This document shows positions 14,982 through 30,074 of a stretch of 64,000 nucleotides of DNA, one piece after another. The stretch lies in NCBI RefSeq assembly GCF_009914755.1, contig NC_060929.1; one strand, 5' to 3'. The translations under genes and the position numbers were made by a program. The notes beneath the pieces were generated by a model. It ran no database searches. It was not told the DNA's origin and saw only the letters and a list, made by a program, of their open reading frames with translations. How positions within the stretch are numbered: the stretch's first letter is position 1; each line of letters begins with the position of its first letter. The stretch comes from the human T2T-CHM13v2.0 reference genome, Homo sapiens.

Positions 14982-16107
14982 TTACCAGCTCCTCTTTGTA
15001 CCTCTGGTAGAATTCAGCTGTGAATCCATCTGGTCATGGGCTTTTTTTGGTTGGTAGGCTACTAATTACTGCCTCAGTTTCAGAACTTGTTATTGGTCTA
15101 TTCAGGGATGCAATTACTTCCTGGTTTAGTCTTGGGAGGGTGTATGTGTCCAGGAATTCATCCATTTCTTCTAGATTTTCTAGTTTATTTGCGTAGAGGT
15201 GTTTATAGTATTCTCTGATGGTAGTTTGTATTTCTGTGGGATCAGTGGTGATATTCCCTTTATCATTTTTTATTGTGTCTATTTGATTCTTCTCTCTTTT
15301 CTTCTTTATTAGTCTGGCTAGCAGACTATCTATTTTGTTAATCTTTTCAAAAAACCAGCCCCTGGATACACTGATTGTTTTGAAGGGTTTTTCATGTCTC
15401 TATCTCCTGCAGTTCTGCTCTGATCTTAGTTATTTCTTGTCTTCTGCTAACTTTTGAATTTGTTTGTTATTGCTTCTCTAGTTCTTTTAATTGTGATGTT
15501 AGGGTGTCAATTCTGGATATTTCCCATTTTCTCCTGTGGGCATTTAGTGCCATAAATTTCCCTCTAAACACTGCTTTAGCTGTGTGCGGAAGATTCTGGT
15601 ATGTTGTGTCTTTGTTCTCATTGGTTTCAAAGAACTTATTTATTTCTACCTTAATTTTGTTATTTACTCAGTAGTCACTCAGGAGCAGGTTGTTCAATTT
15701 CCATGTAGTTTTGCAGTTTTTGAATGAGTTTCTTAATCCTGAGTTCTAATTTGATTGCACTGTGGTCTGAGGGACTGTTTGTTATGAATTCTGTTCTTTT
15801 GCATTTGCTGAGGAGGGTTTTGCTTCCAATTATGTGGTCAATTTTAGAATAAGTGCTATGTGGTGCTGAGAAGAATGTATATTCTGATGATTTGGGGTGG
15901 AGAGTTCTGTGGGTGTCTATTAGGTCCACTTGGTCCAGAGCTGAGTTCAAGTCCTGAACATCCCTGTTAATTTTCTGTCTCGTTGATCTGTCTAATATTG
16001 ACAGTGGGGTGTTAAAGTCTTCCACTATTATTGTGTGGGAGTCTAAGTCTCTTTGTAGGTCTCTAAGAACTTACTTTATGAATCTGGGTGCTCCTGTATT
16101 GGGTGCA

Positions 16108-16157
16108 TATATATATATACATACATACATATACATATATACACACACACACACACA
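16108..16157. repeat. (TA)n(TACA)n(CA)n microsatellite expanded inside the L1
   Basis: Directly visible; expanded from the L1 gcatatatattt motif. Confidence 0.9.
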
Positions 16158-16250
16158 TTTAGGATAGTTAGCTCTTCTTATTGCATTGATCCCCTTACCA
16201 TTATGTAATGCCCTACTTTGTCTTTTCGATCTTTGTTAGTTTAACATCTA

Positions 16251-17088
16251 TTTTTTTTTTTTCAATTTGAGAGCAGGTCCTGTTTATTAACTGACCAGCT
16301 TAGAAAAATAATCATGGTAGGCAACTTAGATCATTCTTCTAATAAGCCTGTTGATCTGGTCCTCCCTGTTGCATCTCCACCTTCTACAAAATGGGTGCTC
16401 TGTTTCTTCATTCTGGCTCGTGGAGAAGATACTTTGAAGGATCACAGGAAGTTATTTGCTTCTGTGAAGCATTTTCCAACAGTACAGATCTCATGAATCA
16501 GATCCTCCATGCAGATGATGCCATATTTACCAAGAGATCGAGCAATCAAAGCATTATCTGTCCAAGCAATTTGCTTCTTATTGATTTTGCTATAACCATG
16601 CTTGTAGATTAGTTCATTTACTAACTTTAGATTTGGGAACCCCCATGCAATATATGGCTTTACAATCCTCAGCATGTTAACTGAAGCCTCTTGAGCTTCA
16701 CAAAGGTTCCACTGAGGATTTGATGAAGGCAAAGAAGCTGCAACAGCTTTCAGACCTTTTGGCTCACACCATTGATACCTCTGATCCTGATGACAAATGC
16801 CAATTTGGGTTCTTCAGGAACACAGAAGTGGCCAGCTTTTCTTGTCATCCTCGCCATTCAAATTTCAGTTCTGTACATCTGCCTATATTCCTTGTGATAG
16901 TGCTTCATTTTTTCATAGAAGCTTCCTCCTTCCCTTTCAAAGCATCTTTTGGGCAAACTTCTTTCTCAGGCTCTTGATCTTCAGCTCTGCAAAATTCCTT
17001 CACTTTTTCTTGAGGGTTTCTGGCACAGCAGGAACCTTCTCTTCTTCTCTTATACACACTCCATGGTTCCAGCTGGAAAAAGAGGAAG
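16251..17088 (-). pseudogene. RPL7: Processed pseudogene of ribosomal protein L7 (uL30), inserted in the L1 endonuclease region
   Basis: Intronless full CDS from ATG 17064 to TAA 16326, with peptide [18 protein letters not shown]...[16 protein letters not shown]. 5'TOP cttcctctttttcc, AATAAA at 16288-16283, poly(A) at 16251-16262. Premature TAA at codon 5 and TGA at 16442. Degenerate TSD ttaacatctatttt / ttaaagtctgtttt. Confidence 0.96.
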
Positions 17089-17142
17089 TTGACACATCCA
17101 CTTAAAGTCTGTTTTATCAGAGAGTAGGGTTGTGACCCCTGC

Positions 17143-17174
<32 letters not shown>

Positions 17175-19811
17175 TTTCATTTGCTTGGTAAATCTTCCTC
17201 CATCCCTTTATTTTGAGCCTGTGTGTGTCTTTGCTTTTGAGATAAGTCTCCTAAATACAGCACACTGATGGGTCTTGAATCTTGATCCAATTTGCCAATC
17301 TGTGTCTTTTAATTGGGGCATTTAGCCTGTTACATTTAAGGCTAATATTGTTTTGTGTGAATTTGCTCCTGCATTATGATGCTAGCTGGTTATTTTGCCC
17401 ATTAGCTGATACAGTTTCCTTATAGTGTCAATGGGCTTTACATTTTGGTTTGTTTTTGCAGTGGCCGGTTCTGGTTTTTCCTTTCCATATTTAGTGCTTC
17501 CTTCAGGAGCTCATGTAAGGCAGACCTGGTGGTGACAAAATCCCTCAGCATTTGCTTGTCTGTAAAGGATTTTATTTCTTCTTCACTTATGAAGCTAAGT
17601 TTGGCTGGATATGAAATTCTGGATTGAAAATTCTTTTCTTTAAGAGTGTTGAATATTGGCCCCCACTCTCTTCTGGCTTGTAGGGCTTCTGCAGAGAGGT
17701 CCACTGTTAGTCTGATAGGCTTACCTTTGTGGGTAACCCGATCTTTCTCTCTGGCTGCCCTTAACATTTTTTCCTTCATTTCAACCTTGGTGAATCTGAC
17801 AATTATGTGTCTTGGGGTTGCTCTTCTCGAGGAGTATCTTTGTGGTGTTCTTTGTATTTCCTGAATTTGAATATTGGCCTGCCTTGCTAGGTTGGGGAAG
17901 TTCTCCCAATATCCCGAAGTGTATTTTCCAACTTGGTTGCATTTTCCCTGTCACCTTCAGGTACACCAATCAAATGTAGGTTTGGTCTTTTCACATAGTC
18001 CCATATTTCTTGGAGGCTTTGTTCATTCCTTTTCATTCTTTTTTCTCTAATCTTTTCTTCACTTTTTTTTCATTAAGTTGATCTTCAATCTCTGATATCC
18101 TTTCTTCTGCTTGATTGGTTTTGGGATTGATACTTGTGTATGCCTCACGAAGTTCTTGTGGTGTGTTTTTCAGCTCCGTCAGGTCATTTATGTTCTTCTC
18201 TAAACTGGTTTTTCTAGTTAGCAATTCCTCTAACCTTTTATCAAGGTTCTTAGCCTCCTTGCATTGGGTTAGAACATGCTCCTTTAGTTCAGAGGAGTTT
18301 GTTATTACCCACCTTCTGAAGCCTACTATTCATTAAACTCATTTTCCGTTCAGTTTGTTCTCTTGCTGGTGAGGAGTTGTGATCCTTTGGAGGAGAAGAG
18401 GCATTCTGGTTTTTGGAATTTTCAGCCTTTTTGCACTGGTTTTTCCTCATCTTCATGGACTTATCTACCTTTGGTCTTTGCTGTTGGTGACTTCGGATGG
18501 AGTTTTTGCGTGGTCATCCTTTTTGTTGATGTTGATGCTATTGCTTTCTATTTGTTAGTTTTCTTCTAACAGTCAGGCTCCTCTTCTGCAGGTCTGCTGG
18601 AGTTTGCTGGGGGTCCACCCTGTTTGCCTGGGTATCACCAGCAGAGGCTGCAGAACAGCAAAGATTGCTGCCTGTTCCTTCCTCTGGAATCTTCATCCCA
18701 GAGGGGCACCTGCCAGATGCCAGCTGGAGCTCTCCTGTATGAGGCGTCTGTCGACCTGTGATGGGAGGTGTCTCCCAGTCAGGAGGCACGGGGGTCAAGG
18801 ACCCACTTAAGGAAGCAGACTGTCCCTTGGCAGAGCTTGAGCGCATTGCTGGGAGATCCTCTCATCTCTTCAGAGCTGGCAGGCAGGAACATTTTAAGTC
18901 TGCTTAAGCTGCTCCCACAGTCGCCCCTTCCCCCAGGTGCTCTGACCTGGAGAGGTGTCAGTTTTATCTATAAGCCCCTGACTAGGGCTGGTGCCTTTCT
19001 TTCAAAGATGCCCTGCCCAGAGAGGAGGAATCTAGAGCGGCAGTCTGGCTACAGTAGCTTTGCTGAGCTGCGGTGGGCTCTGCCCATTCCGAACTTCCTG
19101 GCAGCTTTGTTTACACTGTGAGGGGTACTCAAGCCTCAGCAATGGCGGGTGTCCCTCCCCATCACTAAGCTTGAGGGTCCCAGATCGACTTCAGACTGCT
19201 GTGCTGGCAGCAAGAATTTCAAGCCAGTGGATCTTAGCTTACTGGTCTCCGTGGGATCCACTGAGCAAGACAACTTGGCTTCTTGGCTTCAGCCCCCTTT
19301 CCAGGGGAGTAAACAGTTCTGTCTCTCTGGTGTTCCAGGAGACACTGGGGTATGAAAAAAACAAACAAACAACAACAACAACAAAAAACTCCTGCAGTTA
19401 GCACAGTGTCTGCCCAAATGGCCGCCTAGTTTTGTGCTTGAAACCCAGGGCCCTGGTGGTGTAGGCACCTGAGGGAACCTCCTGATCTGTGGGTTGTGAA
19501 GACCACGGGAAAAGCATAGTATCTGGGCCAGAATGCACTGTTCCTCACGGCATGGTCCCTCATGGCTTCCCTTGACTAGGGGAGGGAGTTCCCCAACCCC
19601 TTGTGCTTCCTGGGTGAGGCGACGCCCCACCCTGCTTCAGCTCGCCCTCTGTGGGCTTCACCCACCGTCTAACAAGTCCCAGTGAGATGAACCGGGTACC
19701 TCATTTGAAAATGTAGAAATCACCTGCCTTCTGCGTTGGTCTCGCTGGGCGCTGCAGACCACAGCTGTTCCTATTCGGCCATCTTGCCCAGATATCCGTT
19801 TTAAATTTTTT

Positions 19812-19848
19812 AAAAGGCAAAACCGCAATTACTTTTGCACCAACCTAA
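19812..19848. mobile_element. MADE1 (Hsmar1 MITE), right terminal inverted repeat
   Basis: ggcaaaaccgcaattacttttgcaccaacctaa|TA is the reverse complement of the left TIR (3 mismatches in 33 bp). Confidence 0.92.
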
Positions 19849-19850
19849 TA

Positions 19851-19921
19851 AGATGCTCACGATCACATAGCAGAGCCAGTTTCCTGGCTGACTCTAGAAC
19901 CTTGGCTCTTAATCACTATGC
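19851..19921 (-). mobile_element. MIR, right part of the split copy
   Basis: gatcacatagcagagccag...gactctagaaccttggctcttaatcactatg continues the MIR consensus. Confidence 0.65.
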
Positions 19922-22900
19922 GTGTCTCTCTTCAGCTCCACATCATGGTCAGTTAACGGGGACAGATAAACACAACAGGATGGGAATAGAAGGAGACATG
20001 GGGGAAAGGAAAAATAAAAGATGGGAAAAAGATGTCCTAAAAGGAAGAAAGGGAGCATGTAAAAATAGATGAGAGAAAAGTAAGGTAGAGCAAAGAAAGG
20101 TAACAGAGAAAATGAAGGATATAGGACAGAGATGGAATGTGTTCACAGTTCTGCCTCAGAAGTGTGTAATCTTCTGAACTCTCAGAATGAGTTTTTTTCT
20201 TGAAGGTTCAGCCCTGAGTATTAGCAACACACAACTGCCAGCTCTTCACTATAAACTTCTATCTCTCTTCTTGTATCATCCACTGCTTTGCATGAATCTA
20301 TGCTATGCTGTCTCGCTATTCATCCTGCTTTGTGAGTGAGTAGCTCTTACCATCTCATGGAAAATGCAGCCACACTCTTTATAGTATCTAACTCAGCAGA
20401 GGCAGCATTCGGGATGTTTCATGTTAATTCCCAAGAAAGAGTCTGGTATTTGTTTCACTTCAAATACATTCTTCTCTGTTACCATCTACAGAGGTAAACA
20501 AAAGATTAAAACAAACAAACAAAACCAAAACCAAACTCCTTTATTTTTCTGGCCACAGACCAGGAAAACATCACCTTTTAGTATTCTTCCACAGGTAGGA
20601 GAAAGGGTGAATGTTAGAAACTCACTCTCAAGAAGTACAACTATTTACATGGGCTTCTATACATCACAGTAAGCTATCCCTGACATTTGTATTTATAATT
20701 AAGTATCCAAAAATATTAAAAGTAGCCCTTGCAGTATTAGAAGACAACTTCCCTGCTTTTACTTCCAAATTTAATATTTATTTTTAAAAAGTAACATTTC
20801 TTTTCTCATGGAATTTTAGGATCTTCTACAGAGTAAGAGATGACACAGGTTTTAAAAGTTCACATTGGGACCATTGAGGTGTCTATCAATTTACCAGCTG
20901 GAAATAGCTCTGAGATCCTAATGTCTGTCATACTGATGGTCTTTCATGGAATTATGCTATATAACTGTGGGTTTCTTTAAGTCCTATTTAATTCCAGCAT
21001 CTCCAATATGAGAATTCATATATCTGACTAAGTTCCTTATGGAGGAAATATATAATTGAGAGTGAACATTCCTCATGTTTCCACATGGGGGTGCTACCTC
21101 ATGGTCACGCTCTTCTCAGTCTTCCTCTTGACAGAGATTTCTAAACACAGACAAGATGGGTCATTTCTTAAATTTCACTGACTCTTCTTAAACTGAGAGG
21201 AAATATAGAATGGTGAATAAACACTGCATATAGTCTCAGGTTTAGCTCCAATTCTACCACCCAGTAATTGGGGCACTTTGGGTGAACTATGGCCCAAACA
21301 ATCATGCAGGATTGTTTTGAAGGTAATGGATGTGCACATGCCTTGTAAATGGTAAAACATTAACAAATTAAAGATAATTAGATCCAGATCCTAGTCCATG
21401 TCTAGATATAAAAGACTCTGCTGTTAGATTATCAGAAGACATGATGCTATAGACGTCTTTAAAGTGTAGGCTACTGAAGTGCAGGGTCAAGAACTCAACA
21501 CCAATATTAGTAAAACATGCAGCATTGCCAATAGATTGGAGACTGAGAGTTAAGTTGATAAGCAGAAATGCCAAGAAAATTTCTAGGTGCTCAGACTGCT
21601 CTATGACTACAGAATAAAGTAGTTCCAAGTTGATGACATCAAGTCAAGGCTATTCCTGAAAAGGTCAAAATGGGCCTATAGATTATGTTCTGGTTTATCC
21701 AATCGTCCATCACTAGGTCTCCAACAGGAACCTTCAAACCACTGCTATATGTTTCCAATTTGCAACAAATTATAAAACACTTGTTTTGTCTTTTGGAACT
21801 ATACACAAATAAAAATATGTTTGCAAAAGATTTTTTTATAAGATCCTTGTGCAGTTTTTAAACTCCCAAATGTAAATGCTAGAAATAATTTTTGAATGTA
21901 CTTTAAGGACACACTGCAAATTTTCTTCTTACAGCTGATAGACACCTAACATTTTAGCCATTGAGCACAGTGTTCCATCTTGTCTCCAGGGTCCATTTTT
22001 AGGAGTCAAAGGTGCTTAAATAAGAATCCTTTGTGTAATGAAATTTGCTAAGCTTTAATGAGTTTTATTTTAAAAGCTCTTTTCAAATTAAATTCAGCTT
22101 AACATGTTTAAGAATGTAAATGTTCACAATTTTATGGGAACACAATATATACATATTTCTGAGGCAAATATACTATTTTAGGCTCTTAAGTTTTTAAGGA
22201 TCACTAATTCTAGGCATACACATCTTCTGGTGGCAAATATTTAGATATTTAGTTCTTGCAATAACAATAAAAAAGATGAGATGAAATCTGTTAACGCTAA
22301 TAATATTCAGGCTAGAGAGGAGGGAAAAAGATAAATTCAAAAGAAGAAACGCTTCTACGGAATCCTTTACTGATCAAGTAGCAACCTAGGACAAGCTTCT
22401 TTAATGAACCTGCTGATGCTTGATTAGGGTATTAAAAGATTTTTGAAAAATGGGGCAATCCCAAGGGCCCTACAGTTTCTGTGGTATCCTTAATTAATTC
22501 CACTTTGAGTTCATTATTCAACAGCTGCTTTAGGAAAATAAAAGGTCTGCATCTCTTTACACAAATGTTTGAGAGTTACTTTATAATGCATTCCCTCCTT
22601 GCATAAGCCATTTGTTCTAAACTAGATTAAGAGAAAATCAATGAGAAGCTACTTCCATTGCCAAGGGGGTTAGAAAAGTTATCCAGTTTTACCTGTACTT
22701 TCTTCAATGTAAGAAAAGAAAGTTCCCAGGTAATCACCGCACCTTCCCCAAGAAGACCCAAGCTTTCAAAGCTTCATTTCTACCTAAGGTTATTTTTGCT
22801 GGGAAAATATGTCTGTGATTTCTTTGATCGACGATGTGAACATTTATATCTCCCTCTATAAATTGTTTTGAAAACATGTATTTGGCTTCTTTGACTCATG

Positions 22901-22972
22901 GTTTCCAGCTTATCCTTTGACTTCTCTCAGTCATTTTCACACAGGTTCTTTTCTCTTGCTTTGGGCTAGCTG

Positions 22973-22973
<1 letters not shown>

Positions 22974-23005
<32 letters not shown>
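22974..23005. repeat. (CA)n microsatellite
   Basis: Directly visible. Confidence 0.95.
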
Positions 23006-23007
<2 letters not shown>

Positions 23008-25170
23008 CCCTACTCCCCTTCAGAATGACTTCATGACAAGTGGTCTGGTTGTGAGCACTACCTTAAATTCCAGCTGCCCTGTTGGCTCCTGTACTTACAA
23101 AGTCTGAATTTATTGTGGGCCCTTGTAGTGCAATTTTTGACACATCATTAAGCTCCCTTTTCATTGGGAGCCTAAGGGCATATTCAGGCTCACTGCGAAG
23201 AGTGCGCCTAAATAACGGTTAAAACACGTGTCATGAGCTGCAAGGGGCTTGTTTGCCAGCAGGGCAAACAGTTCACTGTAGCTCAAGCAATACCCTACAA
23301 CAGGGTGGGTAGAGATAATGAGATAACCACACACCACAAGTGAGCTGTTCATCTTTGTCTTCAAGCATCTAAGAACACAGTTATCTCAGTAGGATGGTGC
23401 ACCCTGGAGAGTTATAAATATCTTTCAGAAAGGTAAAGAAAAACAGTCAAAGAAAACGCATCTGAAAAAAATAAGCAAAAGAACACTGGTGGACAATTTT
23501 TTAAAGCAAAATTTCAGCTATACCAGAACTTATTGAATCAGGTCAATAAGTTTTGTGTGCTTTTTTTTTGGCATTATGTTTTATTTTAATTGTATGCAGA
23601 TTTATTCTAATGTTATGATGCTAATCAACCTGTGTAGCTATAATAAAATAAAGGCAATGTCAACACCTCATCAACTAATCACACTGCTTCTTTCATTCTG
23701 GACACTGTATCCTCCCTACACAACACCGAAGTACTATAAAAATTATTTATACAAATAAACTATTATCTAAAGACTGAAAAGGCATAATAAATTATGCGTA
23801 ATATGGCCCAATTATGTGGTAATTTCTTTGTTTGAATTATTTGCATAGTTTTAATGAAGGGGTTGCTAGAAGGTGGAACCATTTTTATATTTAATGGAAA
23901 AAACAAATTTGTTTTTAAGAATGAAAACAAAGATAATTAGCTCTTAAATTAGAGGCATACTAATATATGCATGTTCCTAAATTATTACCAGTATTATTAC
24001 TTTGTGCTATCAAAACTTTTCTCTCTGGAGCGCAGATATTGGCTACTCAAGTTATTTTTCCCGTTTCTGTTAAATGTATTAATATCTTGCTGTTCATCAA
24101 GTGCCAAAATAAAGGTTAAAAAAGTTCCCTAGATTATCTGCAGAAGAAAAATTGGGGTGGGTGATGACAACTATGATCTTTCAAGATGTAGTTTACGAAT
24201 GCATAATAACTTAAGAAAGTGAGAAAAAAAATAGATTTATCAAGAAAAGAGAGAACTAGCCTAAATTCAACACAGCAAATCAGCAAATTTCTTCAGGGAA
24301 AGACATCAAATTTGAAAGGCATCAATACTTTTCTGCTGTCACCAAACTGTTATTTATGCTCATGTACCAGCTGGATTTGTGTATGTGCGTGCATAATCTT
24401 TTTCTCACCACTGATGTCATCATTAAAGCTGTGCAAGAATTTTGATTTCGCTTTGCACAATCTTCAGGGGAGACTTGGACATTATGGTGAAAGTTTGTGA
24501 CAAGTTTGTAAAAGTAAGAAATGCAGGCTTTAAGGCAGTGAAATGTCACCACTGCAAAACAGAGGAAGCTTTCCCAAGTGTGTATTATTTTGTCTGCCCA
24601 GTCTGCATTGAAGGAACCACACAGGGCAATTGCAAAGAAATAGGTAGTTAACCACTTTTGGTGGGGAAAAAAAGATATTCAACATTACCCATATATCACT
24701 CTACATAACTAGCTGTCCCTTTTGAATATTCAAACATATTCTAGAATATCAAGACACATATATTTTTTACAATGTGCAGAAAGATACAAGCCACTGTGCA
24801 TCTGATTCCCAAGGCACAAGCTACAACTGCGTTTTATCACTGTAAACCTTATCTATGAGGTTTATAAAGGCTTTGAGATACTAAGACTTTTAGGATTTTT
24901 TGGTTATGAAATTTCAAAGCTGCAATGAATTAATTTTCAGACGAGGAGGAAATAACCAGGAACAGTAGGCAGTGGCAGGCCATTATGAGAAAGAGACATC
25001 ATAGCGCAATTCAAAGGCCGCCGATTCCAGTCAGAGATCTCAGGGTGCATGAGTGGCAATCTGGACAGAGTGTGGAGGGTCTAACCCACAATAACCTATC
25101 TCAGAACAAAACTTCATTAGGAGACCTGGTAACTGGATTTAATGATAATGTGTCATTATAACATTCTCTC

Positions 25171-25472
25171 TTTTTTTTTTTTTTTTTTTTGAGATGGAGT
25201 TTTACTCTTGTTGCCCAGGCTGGAGTGCAATGGTGCAATCCCTGCTCAATGCAACTGCAACCTCCGCCTCCCAGGTTCAGCAATTCTCCTGCCTCAGCCT
25301 CCCGAGTAGCTAGGATTACAAGTGTGTGCCACCACGCCCAGCTAGTTTTGTATTTTTAGTAGAGATGGGGTTTCACCATGTTGATCAGTCTTGAACTCCT
25401 AACCTCAAGTGATCCACCCGCCTCAGCCTCCCAAAATGCTGGGATTACACGCATGAGCCACCATGCCTGGCC
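25171..25472 (-). mobile_element. AluS
   Basis: Poly(T) followed by antisense Alu; imperfect TSD tataacattctc / tataacgcattctc. Confidence 0.95.
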
Positions 25473-26078
25473 CTATAACGCATTCTCATTCTTAGTTTAG
25501 TTAGCAGTTGATGAATGCTTAGATTTAAGGGTTTGAGCATTGGGGAAGGGATTTTGAAAGGGAAGGTGATTTTAATTATTAACTGATTCTCTACTATGAT
25601 GTTGATTACCTGATTTTTATGAAGCATCTTCTAAGAGTAGCTCAGTTATAAACCCTTTTCTTGCATTTTCTTACTTAGTTCTCACAAAAGCCTGCAAAGT
25701 AGATACGAGTTTCAACATTCCGAAAAAGGAGGTAACTGAAGGTCAAGGTTGGATAACTTATCCAAAGTGAGAAATATAACAGAAAGGAATGAGTTACAAT
25801 AGCCAGGGTGTGATATGGCTCTGAGACAGACAGTGGCAAGTGACTTAACGTCTCTGGGCTTTGTTGTCCTCATCTAGAGGACTGTTGTTTGTCAAGAGTA
25901 GAGATGCTATGTACAGCAACTCAATAGTGGCTGATTCATAATACGTACTCACTAAAAGGGTTGCTTCTGGCAGTGCTATATCCCCATGACTTCTCATATC
26001 CACATCTTCCTTAGCAGAGTCATTTATATCCGGGCCTGTCTTACTTCAAAGCTCTTGCCCTCTCAAGAGAATTCTTCA

Positions 26079-26690
<612 letters not shown>

Positions 26691-27349
26691 TTACTATACA
26701 GCTGGGGGAGAAAACGCACACATAGGGCCAATTTAATACATAAAACATGATACGGTATTGTTAAGCGACAGAATGAATAGTAAAGACAGACAGCACTTGA
26801 GGAGTTGAGGAGTTTTCATTGCTGTATTTCTTCACCTTCTTCAGTCTCCTGTGCTTTTCTAGTTACCATGGTGGCTGAAATCAACTTAGATTCTTTATAA
26901 AGATACTTGGGGTTGAGATTTAATGCTGGAAGATTTATACTAAGAAATTCCCTTTCCCTAGTGATTGCATGATTTCACAGTCTGAGCCTTTGTCTTGGGA
27001 ATAGATTTAAAAGGCCCACCTGATTGCCCATAGTTTTGTCCTAAGCAGAACCTTAGTTTCTTGTATAAACCACAGCTGATAAAATTTGCAATTTCCTATT
27101 TACAACATCTTCGCTTTTCTTAGACAAAAGGGCAAGATAAGCAAGGTAATTATTAGATCCTGCTCTGCAGTTTAAAAATCATGGACTTAAAAATTATGGG
27201 GCCATATGTGTCCCAGGAAAGCAGAGAGGTTTTAATTGGGAATATGTTCTGTTATATAGAGGACCATTAGTAATGCCAATCTTAGAGTGTTGTTTGTTTG
27301 TTTTTTTCCCTTCCCTAAAAGCAAATCTTGTTGAAATATCTGACTTTTA

Positions 27350-27769
<420 letters not shown>

Positions 27770-30074
27770 CTAGCATGTTTGGTTAAGAATCTGAGATTCA
27801 CTACTTCAGAGTTATGGATCCCTAGACAAATTACTTCACTCCTCTGCCCCTTGGTCTCTTGATCTGTAAAGTGAAGATAATAGAGTAACTACCATATGAG
27901 ATTGTTATTAGAGTTAAATGAGTTACTATTTCTAGAGTCCTTAGAACAAAGCCTGGTACATGGTATAAGCCCAACTTAGGTTAAAAGAGTTGAGCTTGCT
28001 TGCACAAATCTGGAGCTAGTTTTCTTCAAGTATCTTTCATGTCAGAGGGATGAAAATGCAAATATCTAAAATCTGAAGCACTTGGGTTTCAGGGTGGAGA
28101 TGAGAGACGGGGGCGCTGGTTAATTGACAGTCATCTCTTAAAGTAGAATAAGCCCTACTAAGGCTCCCAGGTCAGATTATTCTTCATGCTCACATAAGGC
28201 TAAAGTATTAATTTATATATTTAACTACACTTGCCAGGAGTCAGAAAAGCAGACATTCTGAGGAACTGCTCTTGGACAGAACTTGTGGCAATGATATTTA
28301 GACATTACTTCACATACCACTATTTGATTTAAAGCAGTGATCTGTTGACTGGGTCATTGGTAATGCACATCCCTTCCATTTTTTGGAAATACACCTGTTT
28401 CTTGGATTTGATTTGGCTCTTAATTCAAACAGAACTCCAAGTGCTCTGAAACTAAATCAACCTAAAATTATACATTTATCTAGAGTTACATTTAGGCCAT
28501 ATGGTTTAAGTTGTCCAAATGTCACAGAAGCAACAGCAACAGCCATCATCGTACTTTACACTTACCCAGCATCTTTCCTGCCAGAATATTATGTAAGTTA
28601 TAAAAGTTTCATTAAGGCAGAGGTGTTAACCCTAATTCCAAAAGGACAGTCATTTAGCTGCTGTTTCAGTTTAGCTCTGCTTCATAGTGAATTGATACAT
28701 AAGAGTTACTTGAAGTCAATTTAAATTTTCATAATAATATTCTTGTAACTGAAAATGTCTCAACTGCAAATTCCTATGATATGGAGGACATGTGGGAGAC
28801 ATGTAGAACCAATACCTTCCTCTTGGATCTCTGAGAAGATGCAACTAAGTTATTAGGCTCACTGCACTAGAGTCAGAGAACAATACTGGAATGCTATTTC
28901 CAGAAACTCCCATACAATGCACTGGAAAAGACTGGGCAGAAAGGGCATCTCAGTACATACCTTAAGTCTTTACCCATTTGAACTTGAAATTCTCTATCAT
29001 ATTAGTAGATCTGCTTCTTAGCATCCAGCACCGTCTAGCCAGATACATAGGAAGTGCTCCATAGATAAATGTTGAGTGGACAAATAAATGTATTAAATGC
29101 ATGGTTGTCCTGTTGCAAGCATAACATTCAGAGAGCTTTAGAGTATATATTTTGAGTAGATGTGAGGGATTTTGGCATAGAAAAGGCAACAAGATGATGC
29201 TGGGCAAGGAGGATGATGATCGGGTAGCCAGGGGCAGATGTGGACTGATTAGACTGAAGGGATCCTCAGAGGTCTTGGTGTTAAAATTCTCTAAGCAGTA
29301 TAGTGCGATTAAAGACCACATTCCATTATAATTCTTCCCACTATTAGTCCCAGAATATTTAATGTCTCTGAAATTGTCTAAGCCAGAATATTGTGAATAT
29401 CTACGCTTTTTTGCTCATTAATCAACCAACCAACCAATGAATGAACTGATCAACCAGGCCATGTGCTGGAACACAGAGATAAATACTCCCCTCAGATACC
29501 ATCCCTATGGTCAGTAAGCTCACAGAGAAGTACAAAAGGTCGAAATTCACCTTCAGAAACATGTTTCAGTTTTTTTCCAATACTGGTACTTTTCTATCAC
29601 CGCCAAGTTGAAGCTATCTCCACTGAATATCCACAAAATTTTATAATCAACTGTAGCCATGTGCTTATGTATATATCACATTACTCCCAGATTCTGCTTT
29701 ACCTACTCACCCAGAGTAGGAGGTCATTAAGCCAATATGTAGTATTTTCCCTGCTCTCAAGTTTTCACACTGGAATACTAAAAAACTCCAGGGTTGACAC
29801 AGCAGTTTGCTGAGGGTATGCAGAGAAAAGGCTCAATAAAATAGAATTTTTTTCTCGGTAGTAATTTTAAAAAGATATAAAATAAACATGAAAATGGCTC
29901 AGAATAGAATGTCTAAGTCACATATATTTAAAAATAATATAAAAGACTTCAAAAATAATTCTTGCCCACAGTGGTCCCTCTCAGGCTGGGCCCACCCAAA
30001 CCTCCCTGGGATGCACATTCTCTCTTCTACTGATGATGAAGTATCTGGGAAGCACTGCAAAGCAAACCCAAACG

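Noticed and set aside
16442-16732. 96-aa ribosomal-protein-like ORF
   Set aside because: Internal piece of the disabled RPL7 retrocopy, with an early stop and frameshifts.
19975-20140. Purine-rich GA tract
   Set aside because: Low complexity without a clear mirror repeat or period.
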